Positions 40,018-55,800 of a stretch of DNA of 64,000 nucleotides are shown piece by piece. The notes beneath the pieces were generated by a model. The model saw only the letters and a list, made by a program, of their open reading frames with translations. It had not been told where the DNA came from and ran no database searches. The position numbers and the translations under genes were made by a program. Source of the stretch: Tubulanus polymorphus. Its lineage: Eukaryota; Animalia; Nemertea. The DNA is taken from positions 21,972,560 through 22,036,559 of the forward strand of contig NC_134027.1 of assembly GCF_964204645.1 (NCBI RefSeq), read 5' to 3'. Within the stretch, counting starts at the first letter, position 1. Each line of letters starts with the position of its first letter.

Positions 40018-43000
40018 GATTTTCGAAAAATCTTTACAGTTTTATCGGAAGACAGATTCTTTTACTTAAAGTTTCGTGGTTGCCATACTCGTTGTTAGGC
40101 AGTATATTGTGTTGAAAATTCCTCCCTAATTCCTGGACAGTTCTCTTCAAAACGATCGCTTTTCACTCGATTCCGAGGACGATCGACGTCAGAAAATCAA
40201 GGCGCAGTTTCCAGCGATTGTCGAAATACGTAAATCGAACTTCAATCGTAAGAATACCTGAACGAAAAACGGAAAAACGGATCGGTTTTCTGTACAAAAA
40301 ATTCGAGGAACAGCTGACTGGATTTACTCAGAACTAGGTGGCGACAGCGATGCTAGATGCGTCGGCGCATGCGTGAAATTCTTTGGAGACCTTGATTAAA
40401 ATCCGCCACCTACCGATGACGTCAGTTATGACTCACGGGTTCGAATCCCGATTAAAACTAACGTTTTCGCGCATTTAGAACTACAATCCTGGCCAAATTT
40501 CGCCGAATCTTAATGCCCAAGTCAATAAAACGGTGTGAAAATGCGGCTAAATCTTACGATTGAAAATTGGTATATGTACGATACGATAATGTGCTCCAAA
40601 CCGGGCCAGTTCGGGAAGCCTCCGTTGGTTGCAAGCGCTCTGCGGGAAAATCCGCCCAAAGGCCCCAGCTGCGTCAACCTTTAGATTGTGCCCTGATGTC
40701 ATGAATTCAATTAAGTAATTGCGAATATAGAATTCCAGCGTATCGGGTGCTGTTTGTATACAATGAGTGATGAAATGGGCCGGCCGGAAAAGCTATTGAA
40801 TTCAACTAATCAAAATTAAACATTAATGTTCACTAACAATCTACCAATTAGTCTCCAAAACTAATTTTAATCAGGAAAGAGTTGTTGTAACTCCCTGTCG
40901 CCAAAGCGCTATTATTCGCCAAATGACCCGGACACTTATCAGGTCACCGTCCGCCACAGTGACGGGCGATGATGAACGACCGGTTGGTAGTGGAATACTA
41001 ATGTTTTCGAAAAATAGATGTTGCAAATGCGACTATGTTTTTTGACACGTGTTCTCCCTCGAAAATTGACGCAGTTCCACTTCGCAAACTTCAGCAATGT
41101 TTCAAAGCAATTCTACAAGTATATTTGCAAAAAAAGGTTTTTGGCGGAATGTTGAGGGTGTCCCCATATTGTCAGATATATTTTTTGTCAGACATTGTCC
41201 CCCAGACATATTTTTTGTTGGGAATTTGATGAATGTGTGTTTGACCGTTATTCCTCACTAGTACACCCCTCGTCAACCTCTTGTCTGATTTATTGTCTAT
41301 TTAAATAATCATGATTATGGTTGAAAATAGCTTGTTTTGGGTTGATTTTTGACTGAAAATAGGACCCTCCTGGATACAGCCCCTGTTTTCCCATCATCGA
41401 CGAATCGTTGAGCAACTTAGACATTAAAGGGCAAGATTCTTCGAAGGGTTGGACCGGAGAATTGGGAATCCGAAAAAGTTAATACTTTATTTCAACAATT
41501 TTTCAGTCTAAGATTCCTATTTCAACTTTAGACCACACATTAGATGATCTGAAAATAGTCACCAGGGAAGGATTTTATAGACTGGTATTATCTTTAACCC
41601 GGGGATTAACTCAATTCGGGTTAAAGTAAACCGGTCTATAAAACTGGCCCCATGTATTAACTTTAACCCAAGGGCTAACTCAATTGAAACTAGCTAGCCC
41701 CTGGGTTTAAGTTAATATCAGTCTATGAAACTGGGCCTCAGGACGCGGTTCCACAGTAGTGAGTTTAAGTTGTCATTTTCAATATTTTTAACTCGTTGGT
41801 CAGATTTTAACCGAAATATGTTAAAAGTGGGTCCATAGATATTGAAATCTTTCAAATGTTCACCCTTTACTGTTTTTGTAAATTCCGTTTCGCAGCCGGA
41901 ATTGATAGAATCGAATGTACATTGTCGTTTCGTGTTTAAATCTATACGTGCCGGTGGCTTTCAGCCATATGCGTATATTTGCAAACGAACGGGCTTTCCA
42001 GATGTTACATTATACACATTAACTTTATTGATGCTAAAACGTTCACAATAAAATTTTCGAGCTGAACTTAATGATGTATTTATACAGATATTGATAAGAC
42101 CAACACAACATTGAATGTATCAATATATTTTACCATGGTGGTTGAATTATGTCGCTTGGATGGAAAACCTTGCTTACCAGTTCATAAATCACTTATTCGG
42201 CGTCGTAAGGGAAAGATATTATGTGAGGCATAAAAATCAGGGGCAGATCTAGCGTAGGTTTCTGTGTACAGATCAATTGTGGAAGGACATACATCTTAGC
42301 CTAATACAGGTCTGAAATGCCATCTGAACACATTTTGGGCATCCAATCTACCCTTCTGACCAAAACACGAAATATGGTATTTTTATATCATTCATAAAAG
42401 AAATTAGAAGTTTACCAATTCGGATTATTCAAATTGACCATAATTCAATCACTACGACGAACTTGAAAATTAGAAGGGCACCTCTACGAACCCGAGTACC
42501 GCTCAGTGCGGCGGCTAGACTGGATCCGCCTGTGAAAATAAGCATTGGATCAACAGTAAACAAATGAACCCCGATCCTTATCGCTATAATCAATGAATCT
42601 TCAAATTTATAATCCGTCGGAGAAGACTCAGAGTCCATGTAAAACTTGATGCAAACACTCTTTGGGTTGAAATGAAACGATGGTAAAAACAAATCCCGCA
42701 ATACAAACAAGAAAAAACAATCCGAAATAGTTTATTTCAACAATTTTTCCTTATCCTCTTTATCACTTCTTGATTCAGAGGCGGATCCAGGGGCTTATTC
42801 TGAAGAACTTGTCACATCCCAAAAGGGCACTTTGATATCCAAAAAGGTAAGCCTGACATCCGCCCCACCGCAAAATGAAAAAGTCGGGCACTCAAGAAAT
42901 TCGATGGACTCGTGCAAGTCTCACAAGTCCCCCTGGACCTCCGGCCCTGTGATAAGCCTATGGATTGTTGAATATTCCATGATTTCATCTGTAAGTCCTG

Positions 43001-43835
43001 AAGGCGACTTGGGTTTCACCAAAAACCTTAGAGTCGGACTGATGTACTGACACACGTGTATCGTAGAGCACGGAGAACTTACCGGGGCGTGGATACGCCG
43101 AGACCACACTTAAGAGCTGTGCCTGGTTAATTCATGCCGTAGTCAGAACGTTGAAATAAACTATGGCTCAAGGAAAGTTTTCGGACTGTATATCTTTTTC
43201 TTATGTATTGTGGATTTCTCCGTATTCTCGATATTTCAATTCAGTGTCTGGCAATCGGACCCGGATACTGGCCGGCGCCTCCAACAGTAATACCAGTCGT
43301 TGTTACGGGTTCCCTACTTAGTGTTTGGAACAACGGCTAGTACTAGACTACTCCAACAGCCGTTGCAAGCTGCAAGGAAATTTAACTTCTTCGCCACATA
43401 CGAGCTTGGAGTAATCATTTGACAAATCATTTTAGTCAAATGATTACTCCAAGATACGAGGAAGTCAATTTGTTTAGTTACAACGGAATTTCGGGTTAAT
43501 GATTCCAGGACTTTTCATCCCTAGATATATCAACAACCGAAAGGGCGTTACCGGCCCTTGAGGGCCGCAACTATACCAAAATACGCTGAAGCTTATCAGC
43601 TGGTGGCGCCCCGTAGTGGAGGTTGTATATACCGCCATTAAGCGACTGGAGATCGAGACTCCAGTAGTGAAACAGTGTGACTGTGTATATGCATGGATAA
43701 TTACACGATATAATGCGACAAATTCGATAACACTTCCTCCGTATAGGCCAATTTACTTGTAAATATCCGTAGAGAATTATGCTATAGAACCCCCGCACGA
43801 CCCGCGTTGCAGTTACCGGATAAAAAAACGAAACG

Positions 43836-46800
43836 ATGGATTGGATACCTCGAGTTCCGCGAAAAAATTCGCTGATTTTACCTGAAATAAAAAATCCATT
43901 CACGCACAGATTAAAACTGAGTTGGTGCGATTGGATTAAGGTAAGAAGATAGACTTCCAAAGACACTTAATTGAGTCTGTGGTGTCGGTAGCATCCTAGC
44001 CATTTTGCTCACTGTAAGTGTATAGGTATATAGCCTATATGCTGCGCTGGTGAGCAAGTGCAATCTTGATTTTTTATTCCAATTTTATGCCAAAAAAGAA
44101 GTAAATTTTGTCAATTTAACTTGAAAAAGTTTTTCACCAAACCTCATCATGAAAGCCTGTTTATATGGAACTAAATTCATGCACTATTTTAAACTTATGA
44201 TCTGACTTCGGGCCAAGACACAATTATTTCACCGCTAACAACAGAATGAGTAGTAGTTACAATTTGATGCCCTGGAAGGAAGGGTTCGGCTATGAAAAGG
44301 GGTCTCTATGAGTCGGCGTTGGTTTCTGCTTACAGATAGGGCAGGGATTCAAACCTAATGGTGTCGAGACTCGCCACGGTACGAAACCCTGCTACACTAG
44401 ACCGAGTGCCCAGCTACACGCATAGCTTAGATTATGTCATTATTAGTCAATCAGATATCCCGTTTTATTTTAGCCCAGGTTTTCCCGTTTATAGTTCTTC
44501 GGTGAAATTTACCTCAGCGATTATACAAGTAATCTGATTGGTGCCGCAAGTTTTCGCGCAGCTGCGCATGTACCTGGGCACCTGGTCTAGTGTGGCAGGG
44601 GTTCATGCCGTGGCTGGGTGTAACGATGGCATCTGATTCGAATCCCTGCCATGGAAGGATGGCTCTCTACGCTTGGTGAGGTTTAGTTGAGCCCACCTTA
44701 CCGTTAAGTAGGCGCCTATGGTGGTTAGTTTAACTAGGGTTAAGATTTAAGCGACATTTTTAAACCCAATTGGAAATTTCACTATTTAGGCCAGTTGTAA
44801 TGTAGGTGACACGCAATAGCAATATTGGACATGTTAGGTATTTCAAAGGATTAGTTAAAAGTTACAGGTTAGGTCATGTTCGGTGACTATATTCGGCTTA
44901 AAGTTAATTGACTAGCCTGTTGTTTTATTCAGTGGTATTTTTGTGTTGTCGGTGTTGTCAAGTCCTGTGACGAAATTTATGTCTGGTCATAAGGCACTGT
45001 AAACTCGGAGATGATTAGGTGTGTCAAATTGGCCCGAATCAAACTCGAATCAAATTTGGCCGGTGCTTAATCGAGAGAGCGCGTTCACGTGTAAACCACT
45101 CACTCGATACTAAACAATGCCGTGACTCACTTCTAACACCAGGATGTGTAGTCACAAGCAATAATTAAACCTCTACGCCCGGCTTGTGACATTTTTGGTC
45201 CTGTCAAATAGGCACGACAGGTTCGCTCACTTGGCAACTTAGTGAGCGGTTGGTCGCATCTAAAAACGCTTGCTTCTTTAGATCTAACCTGGCATTACTT
45301 ACCCTTGCACAGGCTAGGCCTATGCGTTTCCAATCATAGTCTGTCTTCTATCAAATATCTACGACATACCCCCTGATTCTATTAAAAAAGCTATAGGTAC
45401 TATTGGATTTTATTCAATTTAATGTAGCCAAGCTTAAATACTTCTGGTCAGAGTTTATGAAGCCAAAGCAAAGAGATACATTGAAGTATAATCATAATGA
45501 TTTATTTTCATTTCACTAAATTACGAAACAGGGTTATTTTCACGATTCGGAATAACTAGAAGACTTGTTAGATGAAGGGATCCAGTGCAAGCCTTTCAGG
45601 GCTGTACTCGCAAACACTCGCAAGGCACCTGACATATAAACGGTGTACATCTGACGCGGAAGTTGGTAGGCCAATGCCCAATGCGCAGTGGGGTCCATTG
45701 GGGAAGACAGTTTTGCTGCCCGATATCAAATGAGTAATCTATGAATGAGAGACTGGCATCTGGCTTCTAATGTGTGCTATTAGAGCTGGAATGAGTCATC
45801 ATATGTTCGAAATTTTGTGTCTATTCAACTAAATTCACACTGGTAAAAGGTCGAAATTGATGACTTAAAGACCCGCGGGATCGGCCGACTCCGAACGCCG
45901 TTCCCCCCGGGTCTGAAAGGCAGTTAGCCATTAGAGCCTTGCTCGCTCTAAAATCTCTAGACAAACTTATTTCGTATTGATGGGTTTCGATGTTTAGTTC
46001 GCGTGCCAACAGAAACAAGAAACGTAACTGGTCTTATTGAATCAAACCAACACAGGCCAGGGTCCCGGACAACTCCTTGATTCTGGTAGAATGGCACAAC
46101 GCTTTTAAAAGTGCTTGAAACTCCTTTACTTCAGAACTCTTTCAAATGTGAGAAAGGCAATTAGAATAGACATTTATGTCTGGTTTTGAGACCTAGTTGT
46201 CCATGCCTAAAATCCGGGTACAGTTGGGACCTGGATTCATGTTTACCCCAATAAGGCGGTTACTGAAACCGTATTTAATTAGTAAAGATCATAATACAAA
46301 TTTGCTTATGAAACCCCCGAACTCCCGTCTACTAACAACGAGTCTGCAGTAATTAGGATACATGAAAGTGATGCAGATGACTTCCTGGCAATAAGAAATT
46401 CTCCGCAATGATATACTGTAGTAGGTACCCCGCTACATCACCACTAGCGATGGGAAAAGTAGTTTCATCGTAATCATATGCCGTCATTATTTACCGTCAA
46501 AGAAGGCCATAGGCCTATGATGTACAGACAGCCACTTTTGTGCCTGATATGATATCGAAAATGGCTGTGATTTTGATAGTCGCGTCGAATTGCCGTGCAC
46601 GATAGCCGATGATCTAAACATCGAAACGCGTCGTTTTAAAAACAAAATTACCCTCCTCGTTGCAAGGTTTTCCTGCTAGGTGACTGGTCGCTATGTTTGT
46701 TCAGAAATTTTGACTCAATAATACTAACTATAGCAATGTGGATTGACGCCCAATGGTAGATGAAATTCAGTATATTTGGCTTTTTTGTGCAAAGGCACTT

Positions 46801-49800
46801 TCGACCCAACTCCAGATTTTGCTTGGAAAAACGTATTAGAAATTAAGAATTTATGGACATTCGAATTTTGTTTGGCGTAGGTCTATAGGCAATTTCATTG
46901 GCTAACTCAGTTCATCGTTTTGTTGCTCAACCCGTTACGATAACATATCATTTAAATACAAAATAGATCGACTCTAATTGGACTCTAATCCGGGATACTT
47001 AAAATAAAGTATGTGATGTGGTCGTTTGCCCTCATTTTGAAATCAGTGCCTGAACTATTTTGTAATTCAGATTATAAGCGTTTGTAGGTCTACGCGTGGT
47101 GAGGTGATATTGTGTGGTATAATATTAAATCCCCCTCGCGTGATAAATGTTAGGTTGAATTCAAATCGATAATATCCCGTGATATAATTCCAAATATTTC
47201 AGTGTCACTGACAACAATCTCCGCACTGCCAAATTGTGAAAAAATGCTTCTACGGGTGAAAAAGGCGAAATGATAAATACCCTAAAGTGCTGGAGATAAT
47301 TTGAAAATTTTGAAAAATTCCACCCTAGTGTGTTGAATATGGGAATATAGTGTGGCGGTGTATCGTAAGTTACTATTATTTCACTATGTTTGACAGGTAC
47401 TACCATCTTTCAATGGAGATAACTAATTACTAATTACACCAATACACTGCAGTGCGCTAGCGGTGTACTAGCAAAATCCATCACCGATTTATACACCGCA
47501 CTGCGGTGTAGATGCACTGAAAGGGTTAATGTTTGGTTTATCGGCTATTGCCAGCGTAGTAAAAGATAAGATTATTTCATTCTCAACTAACCAAAACTTT
47601 TGGTACATAGAGGATTTAAGCCTACAAAGATAAAATCGTCATATAAAAGAAAAATTGAGACAAACTCAATGCTGCTTATCCAATACTTGTTAAAAAACCA
47701 GGCTTTGAGCTCATATTTAATGATAATAATAATATTTATTTCTTATATACCGCGCTCCGTATACATTTCAGCGCGGTTTACAAATATAAATTAAATAAGA
47801 TAAAATAAGATATATAATATTTAAAACTTGATCAAGTCCAATTATCTAATCTATCTATCAATGGTCAACTGGGAAGGTTTTCCAATGTTTAGGCGCAGAT
47901 ACAAAGAAGGCACTATCGCCAAAATTAGATTTTGAGATGAGGGACGAGAGATCGTTAAGCGAACTTTTATTTAGAATCGCAGTCCTATTATTCCATGGAT
48001 CAGCGAGCTTCAGATCTGTTCCAATGTACTTTCTCGTCGTACCGATGCTATTCGGTTCGAATCCCCGTCGAGGGAGAATGCGTGAAACAGAAACAAGCGT
48101 CAGTTTCAAGCGGTGTTTCTTGTTTTTGCCGCAATGCGGGCTGCTTCTCAATAAACGTACAATTCTCTCCGAAAGTTACTAGATGTCACGATTTGGTGAC
48201 ATTTACTCGTGTATATATCGGATGAAGAAAAGATAATATTTGCACTAACGGCAGCAGGTTTTAATTGATTTTACACTGTTTGATACAAACTGCCACACAT
48301 GTGTCTATATATGTTCACACAGAGTCAGAGGAGTGTATTGTGTATTGTACAATATATAATATGCCCAGGCTTGATTTCCGCAGGAGACGTTGATTCATTC
48401 AACTAAGGCCTAGCATTTGCGGTATGGAATTTAGGCAGAAACCCGATGAGAAACCGAAAACAACTTTTACTTGTTTTGCTATGAAACGGGAAACGTTATT
48501 TATCCACACGGACAGTTTGAGAATACTTCGAAAGGAAGTCGTAATGAGTCAGTCATGCGTGTTCTACTTTCCGCGACGCGACCAGCTGCCAGTCGCGACT
48601 GATGTAGCCTACGCGTTGTGCGACTTGTCTCTGTCAATAGCGAAAGCGGCGAATGATCTCGGTGCCGGTTAACGACCGATTGCAACCGATCCGATCGCTC
48701 CGCAGGTCGACCTATGGGCGCCTTAAATGGCCGCTTACCTGGAATTCAGGGAAAATTTCGGGTATTATTTCGTAAAAAGAATAGAAAGTTAAAATTAGGG
48801 AAAAGTCAGGGGAATTTGTTTGTGATTGCTAGATCGGAGTAAAATCAAACAGTTTCTCTGTTTATGTCTTACGTATTTGACTGTGTTAAACGATTGGATT
48901 CTTAGCGTATCAGGTCAAGGCAAACAACATGTGGTCAAGGAAGAAGCAAGTCGAATATAAGTGGCCACCCTGATGAATTCGATTTCTGTACATTATTCTG
49001 TATATTATTGCAAAAATACGTAGTTGGAAGATTAGAGGGTTGTCTAGTACTCGTGTAGCTAGAAGTGATTGAATAATGCAGATCTGTAGAGGGCGATGTA
49101 AACAAGTGCGAGCGGTTAAGTGTCGAGTCGTAATTATTGTCGCACGAGAAAATTGTCCCGTAATTATAGGCCCTCATGAACTACATATCAGCCGCAGGCT
49201 TCAGATCTGTTCTCTGCTGGTAGCTAGGTATATATTAGCCCATAAGTAGTGGCCGTAGTATTTTTAACCCTTTCAGTGCTGACTAAATAATACCCTATAG
49301 TGCTGGAGATAATTTAAAAGAATTCCACCCTAGTGTGTTGAATAAGGGGAATACCACTATAGTGTGTCTACACCGCCGCGCAGTGTATCGTTAGTTACTA
49401 GTATTTCACTATGTTTGACAGGTGAGACTGCCATTTTTCAAGAGAGATAATCACTAATTACATCAATACGCCGCAGAGCAATGTATTAGCAAAAATCTAT
49501 CACTGATTTGTACACCGCACTGTGTAGACGCACTGAAAGGGTTAAGTAATTATAGTAATGATAATCGTTATAGAATATTCATATAGGGCCTTTCCATGTG
49601 GTTATGTCCAAAGTGCTACTGCTTATCCAAAATGCTTGTTGAATAACCAGGTTTTGAGCTGCTGTTGATCCGAGTCCAATGATCTATCTATCTATCAATG
49701 GTCAACTGGGAAGGAATTTGTATTCCAACATGTAAGTCAGGATGCTTAGAAGGCACTGTCGCCGAAATTAGATTTTAAAATTAGGGATGAGAGAAGATTG

Positions 49801-52800
49801 TTTAGGCGAATGGTAGCGTGTTAAAGCGCTGACTCCTTGAAGCAATTGTGGCAATCGAGGATTCCACCGGTGGAAAGGGAGGATCCAACAGGCCCGGTTG
49901 CGACAGTCGGTCGGGTACGCGTTAGGACGATGTCGATGCCGGTTTTCTCAGATTGAGTTAGAATCATGAATGATCCTCGAATTCAGTTCGATGAATGACT
50001 TGATCGGAATCGTGCCACATTGTGAACTGCGATTTGCTTCGAGTTTCCGCTTGTGGAAGGTTCGAGGAAGTCATGATGAAAGTAAATAGAAAATGATCTA
50101 GATTTTGATTTCTAGAGTTGTCCTATAATTGTGTCATGGATGACAATCGGATGCGATGGCTAGAGTACATGATAGATATAGAGTCCATAGTCATGGATTC
50201 ACGGTCCGACTCAATTTGCGAAATTGACCATTTCGTCGCTTAATGATATATTGTGACTAACTTTCACTTTCAAACTGGTTCCTAACAACAAGCTAACTTG
50301 ACGTACTCTCAACAAAATCTCGAGCCAAGTTATCAATTTACGATGTTGCAAATGTAAGATATGTGTCTATAAAGTACCCCTTGTCACCGGTGCAATGGGT
50401 ACATGATATAGTTGAGAAATTCTCGTGAAATTGATGTGAATTTCTCTTCATATTCCTTACTTGATTGAATCGTAGTGGATAAAATCGTTATGACCAGGTG
50501 TGAAGGATTTGCTCATATTAGTCATAGTCGTTGAATCGGGCTCAGCTAGGTTACCGCTGATCTGGTCAACTCGGGGAATCGGAAAGCGATGGAAAAATTT
50601 GCGGGAAACTCAGGGCGTACTTACCTAAAAAAAAACAACTTGGAAAACTCCACTTTTCGATTTGGATATGCTATGAATGGCCTGCGGGTGGGTTTCATAG
50701 ATGTGGAAGAAAAATATTCCCTGGGAACAATTTGGAAATTTACCCCTAGGGATAACTTTGACACATGGTCTATGAAACTGGGCCCTGCTGATTCAATTCG
50801 AGGGGGGATTTTGTGTTATAATGTGCACAACTGCGGGGATTTGTGAATGGGGAGGATTTTTTTTTTTAACGCGATGAATTACGCAATGCTTACTTATCGG
50901 CGGAGTGGCCGATTGAATTGTCCTACTACTAGATATCGGGCCCCTGTCGTCGGCGCCGTAAGACGCGCAGTAAGCCGTGGCTCGCTTCGTCGAGTGACAT
51001 CGATTTCCTGTCGAGGAAATTACCGTCTATCGGCGAAACTGTGTTAACTATCGCTATTAACGATACTACAGTTTGTGGATTTAACTCGTTGTGCATCCAA
51101 ATAATATAAAACCTGTTCAGCATCGGAGCCGCGCGCTCTCTCTCTCTGTCTCGCTGAGATCGTATACCGATTTTGTAATGCACTTACCCGATATTTTCGA
51201 GCGACGCTTCGAATCGAGCCCGTTCGCGGTTTTTGATCGCATCAACTCGAGTCGATATTCTTCGCTACGTTGTGTAGGAAACATATAGTTTTTAATGCCT
51301 TCGTTGAAACTCTTGTGAATTAACCCTTTCAGCGCTGACCAATTTTAATACCTCACAAGTGCTGGAGATGATTTGAAAATTTTGAAAAATCCCGCCTGTG
51401 GATTGTATAAGTTAATAACAGGCGTACTGCTATAGTGTGCCTACACCTCAGTGCAGTGTATTGTTAGCTACTTATATTTCACAATGTTTGACAGTTTCTG
51501 TCATCTTTTAATTGATAGAAATCAATAGGTAAATCACACGTATCACAATGTGAGGTGGTGTTTTAGCATTTGTCCATCACTGATTTATGCTCCACCATGC
51601 GATGTAGATGCACTGAAAGGGTTAAGCAGGATGCAACTGTTACAACTATTTTTTTCTGACGAGCAGTTCTGTCACGAGCCCAATCTGATGAACAACAAAT
51701 GACTTAAATTCCAGCGACACGCACATCCTAGATGATGTCATTATCAGCCAATCAGAAATCGTGGTTGATTTTAGCTCAGGTTATTCCACGCAATGATTTG
51801 TGAAATTTGCTTCAGCGATTATACAACGGGCAATCTGATCGGCGCCACGCGTTTTCGTGGGACAAACCTCCGTACCCGCCGGTTCTAGTGTCGCAAAGTT
51901 TCGTGCCATGAGCGATGCCATGCCATCGGGTTCAAACCGTGCCTACGGCCGATCAGATTGCCTGTGGTATTATCGCTGAGGTAACAACATACAGCGATAA
52001 CTATGAGTGCAATGATCCGGGCTAAAATAAAATCCCGGTGATTGTTGGCTAATAGTGAAAGTAGACTGTGACGTTTTGTAAGTTGCATGCGTACCCGCAC
52101 ACTCGAGGCTAATCAGGCACGGTTTGCTGACCGTGGCTGTCTAGGTTCAAATCCCCGCCGAGGGAGGAAATTAAACCCAAGGTTATGCATTCGACGACAG
52201 TCTGTAACCGGCTGGTTGTTGTATCGGCAGGCTGGCTGGGGAACTAGCATTTACACCAGCGGTACAGGATTCCATCCATCAGGAACAACAAGGCATTTAA
52301 ACCTTATATGTACAAACTAACACCTGGTGACATGTTTGAGACACACAAATTAATCAATGATGAGCACTGACTTATAGCTAATTACTTTGAATACATATTG
52401 AGTAGTCTGACGTGTTGATTATGATAAAGCACATATTGATACTATATTCATAAGTTATATTACATTATTAATACTATAATTATTATTATTAAGCATTTCA
52501 TGTAGTAAAAGATATGAAATATTATGAACCATTCGATATGAAATTGTAGATATGTATGATTATAGAATATGCAACTTATATCAGGGTGACATTTCTTCTC
52601 AGAATGCTACTGCTGCTAGGGACTCAAACCCACTGAGTGTTGATGATACACCGCAGGTGGTTGTAGTGGTGCTTATCTACCTGAGCTATCGGGCGACCAG
52701 CTTCTCCCTCCGGCTCGACTTCTTTTCACTCCTTTATAGTAGATGTCGGTCATTGCATCGTGACGGTGCAATTCCTGTTTACTATGTTTAAATCTAGTTT

Positions 52801-55800
52801 ACTTTGATTATCTCATAATACATATAAAGGGTCCTGGGGACGGAATGGAACGCATTGAAATGAAATCTGCCACCAGTTGGTGCAGCATCTACATTTATTG
52901 ACACCGGTACACTATAAAACAAGCACTTGCTAAAGTCGGGGTATTTTGTAAAAATGCTTTAAAAAAAATCGGGGGAAAGTTAAAGTGAGGGAAATTGATT
53001 GAGATTGCTACGTAAGGTGGCCACTTTTCTCTGACTTACTTTTTCCCTAAACTATTCCCCGTACGTAATGTAAAACGGTTTCCGTCTATGTTTCACGAAT
53101 CTGACTTTGTCAATTGATTGGATCCTTAGAATTGATAATGTCAGAAAAAAAACATGCACGGGGAATAGTTTAGGGAAAAAGTAAGTCAGAGAAAAGTGGC
53201 CACCTTGTAAAACTTATTTTATTGAATATGAAGTATTTGAGGTAGTCGCTTAAAGGTCAATCTTTAGGGGCGTATGTCGATGCATGGTCTGAACCATCCA
53301 AAATCCGCTTAACGTCCGAATAGTTTTCTGAGCGATATTTATCGCGGAATTTACACAACGCGGCTCCTTTTCACTTTGCTTGTCGCGAGATGATCAATTA
53401 ACGTGTAATAGTTTATCGATCGAAAGACTTGTGTTTTTAACCGAGCCCAAGAATTTCGTCTGGCGACGCCCTTTATCTAGAATACGATTGAGTCGTTAAA
53501 CTAAAGAAGTCAATTTCAGATTCGAAGGCCTATACACATTTTATTCCAAATTTTTGAACATTGTTCATTCCACCGCTGAGATGTTTTTTATGATGGTACG
53601 TCAAAAATATGTATTTAACGGAGTTTTCCCCTCCCCCGGAAATGTGGCTGTGAAAATCCGGCGACAAAGTTATTTCAAAAAAAGCCTAAAGATTCTTTGA
53701 TTACCAATAAATATTGAATTTAGCGCGTCCTACAAGAGATGTGAGAAAGACTTCCAAACAGGAGCCGAAAATGTACTGCATGGTAAAGCTGGAAAAAAAA
53801 GAAAACATCAAATTTTTTTCGCAAACAAAACCTGCTAAAATTGTGCGGATTATTGAACGTTTTCATTATTTTTCGTGTCATGCTAAAATTAGAAAAATTT
53901 TCTGTGAAAAAGTAAGAAGTGAGGAATTACATTAATCGACAATTCAAGTCTGATGCTGTCTGTACTCCACGTTTGCCTCGAGGCCGGGGGTATACGACTC
54001 GAGAGCGACCGTTCGTTCAGTAGAATAGCTCTTACGCTTATCGCGGGTTGATAAATTTATTATCGTCAAATTCAATTTGATATTCGATTCATGAGTTCTG
54101 CAGAGTTGAAGCGTCCTGACGCTGTTTATGAATAAAGCTGATGGTTATATGCAAAGTGATACATTTTTAATAACCCACATATCATTCAATTAATCAATTC
54201 AGTATATAGGGCCCTAACAGTATCGTATAGTGTATGATCTAGTTGTGTATGTATTTGCAATGTATCAACCTACCAACATCGTAATACGTATGCAGTCCTC
54301 TCTCAAATATTTACATTTTGCGATAATGGTCATGGCCCCAAATTATAGGTGATTTAACGCTTTCAGTGCGTCTACTCCGCAGTGCGGTGTATAAATCAGA
54401 GATAGATTTTGCTAGTACACTGCATTGCGGTGTATTGATGTAATTGGTAATTAGTAATTATCTCCTTGAAAAATGGCAGCATGTGTCAAACATAGTGAAA
54501 TACTAGTAACTAACGATACACCGCACCACAGTGTAGACGCACTATGGTGGTATTCCCGTTGTTCAACACACTAGGGTGGAATTTTTTAGAATTTTCAAAA
54601 CACATTCTTTGTCTGTTTATATCTAGCAGAAGATCCATCTTCCATCATGGGATTGGAAAGGGAGTCTTCAGTCATGGAGCCTAATGAGAGAAAACTCTAC
54701 TCCAAAGTTTATCGACAACTTGGAAAATAACAAATATTGCTAAATATTGTCTACAAACAATATAAATACTTACATATGGTATAATATTATGAGTAAATGA
54801 AAGTTATGTTGAATCATTGATTGAATTGAATTGACTGGCAACCAGTCTAGCCCTGATATATTTATGGGGTAGTGCACATCCTCTAAAATAATTTTTCAAA
54901 TTTATCAAATTAATATAAGCGTTATGAAATATAGGCCCTATATCATTAAAGAATAGATGCCAAAGTTCACAATTTTGATCGTTATTTTGAATTACCAATA
55001 TTGATGGCGTAGTGCACATAAACTCACACAGAACGCCTTAAATAATAGGGGCCTAGTAGTTATCAACTTGTGTATAACATGATTTCATGATTTTATAGCG
55101 TCAAAAAAAAAGTTAAGGCAATTCCAAGGTGCGAATACCCCCTACGTTCTGACGGGTTCGTGTACCGATAATATCTTGTATATATAATGGCTCAATCAAC
55201 CCTTGCCTTCTTCAAATTCGTTAATCTGGTCTCCGATCCATCCAGCTTTATTCAGCCTCGCCGCACGTTTGTTGGAAATGTACGGCTTACAACGAGCTGT
55301 CGGCATTATCTGACAAAACGTATGGACAGTATGGAAGTTAAGGATCCAATTACCAGTAATTCAGTGCTGGCTTGGTGTATAAAGGACACGTGACGCATCT
55401 TATTCTGGCTGCCTAAAGATGGTTAACGGACAATCTCGATACCTTTTACCTTAATGATATCAGTGTTCTCCATTTGCTGGGATTTTGGAGGGCTGCATTC
55501 ATTTTCAGTGTAACATGGCCACCAAACACCAATGGCGTGAAGCGTTTCGTAGGGTGCCGAGGTGTCCTTGCCTAAACTTGTTCAGCATCGATAGAACAAG
55601 ACTGACGTGTAACGTTTAACCCTTTCTGCGCTGACTAATTACGCAAATTGCTGGAGATAATTTGAAAATTGAGGAAAAAAAATTCCACCCCAGAGTGTTT
55701 AACAACGAGCATACTGCTGTAGGGCATTTACACCGTGGCGCGGTGTATCGTTAGTTGCTATTATTATTATTTCACTTCGTTCATCTTTCAATAGAGATTA

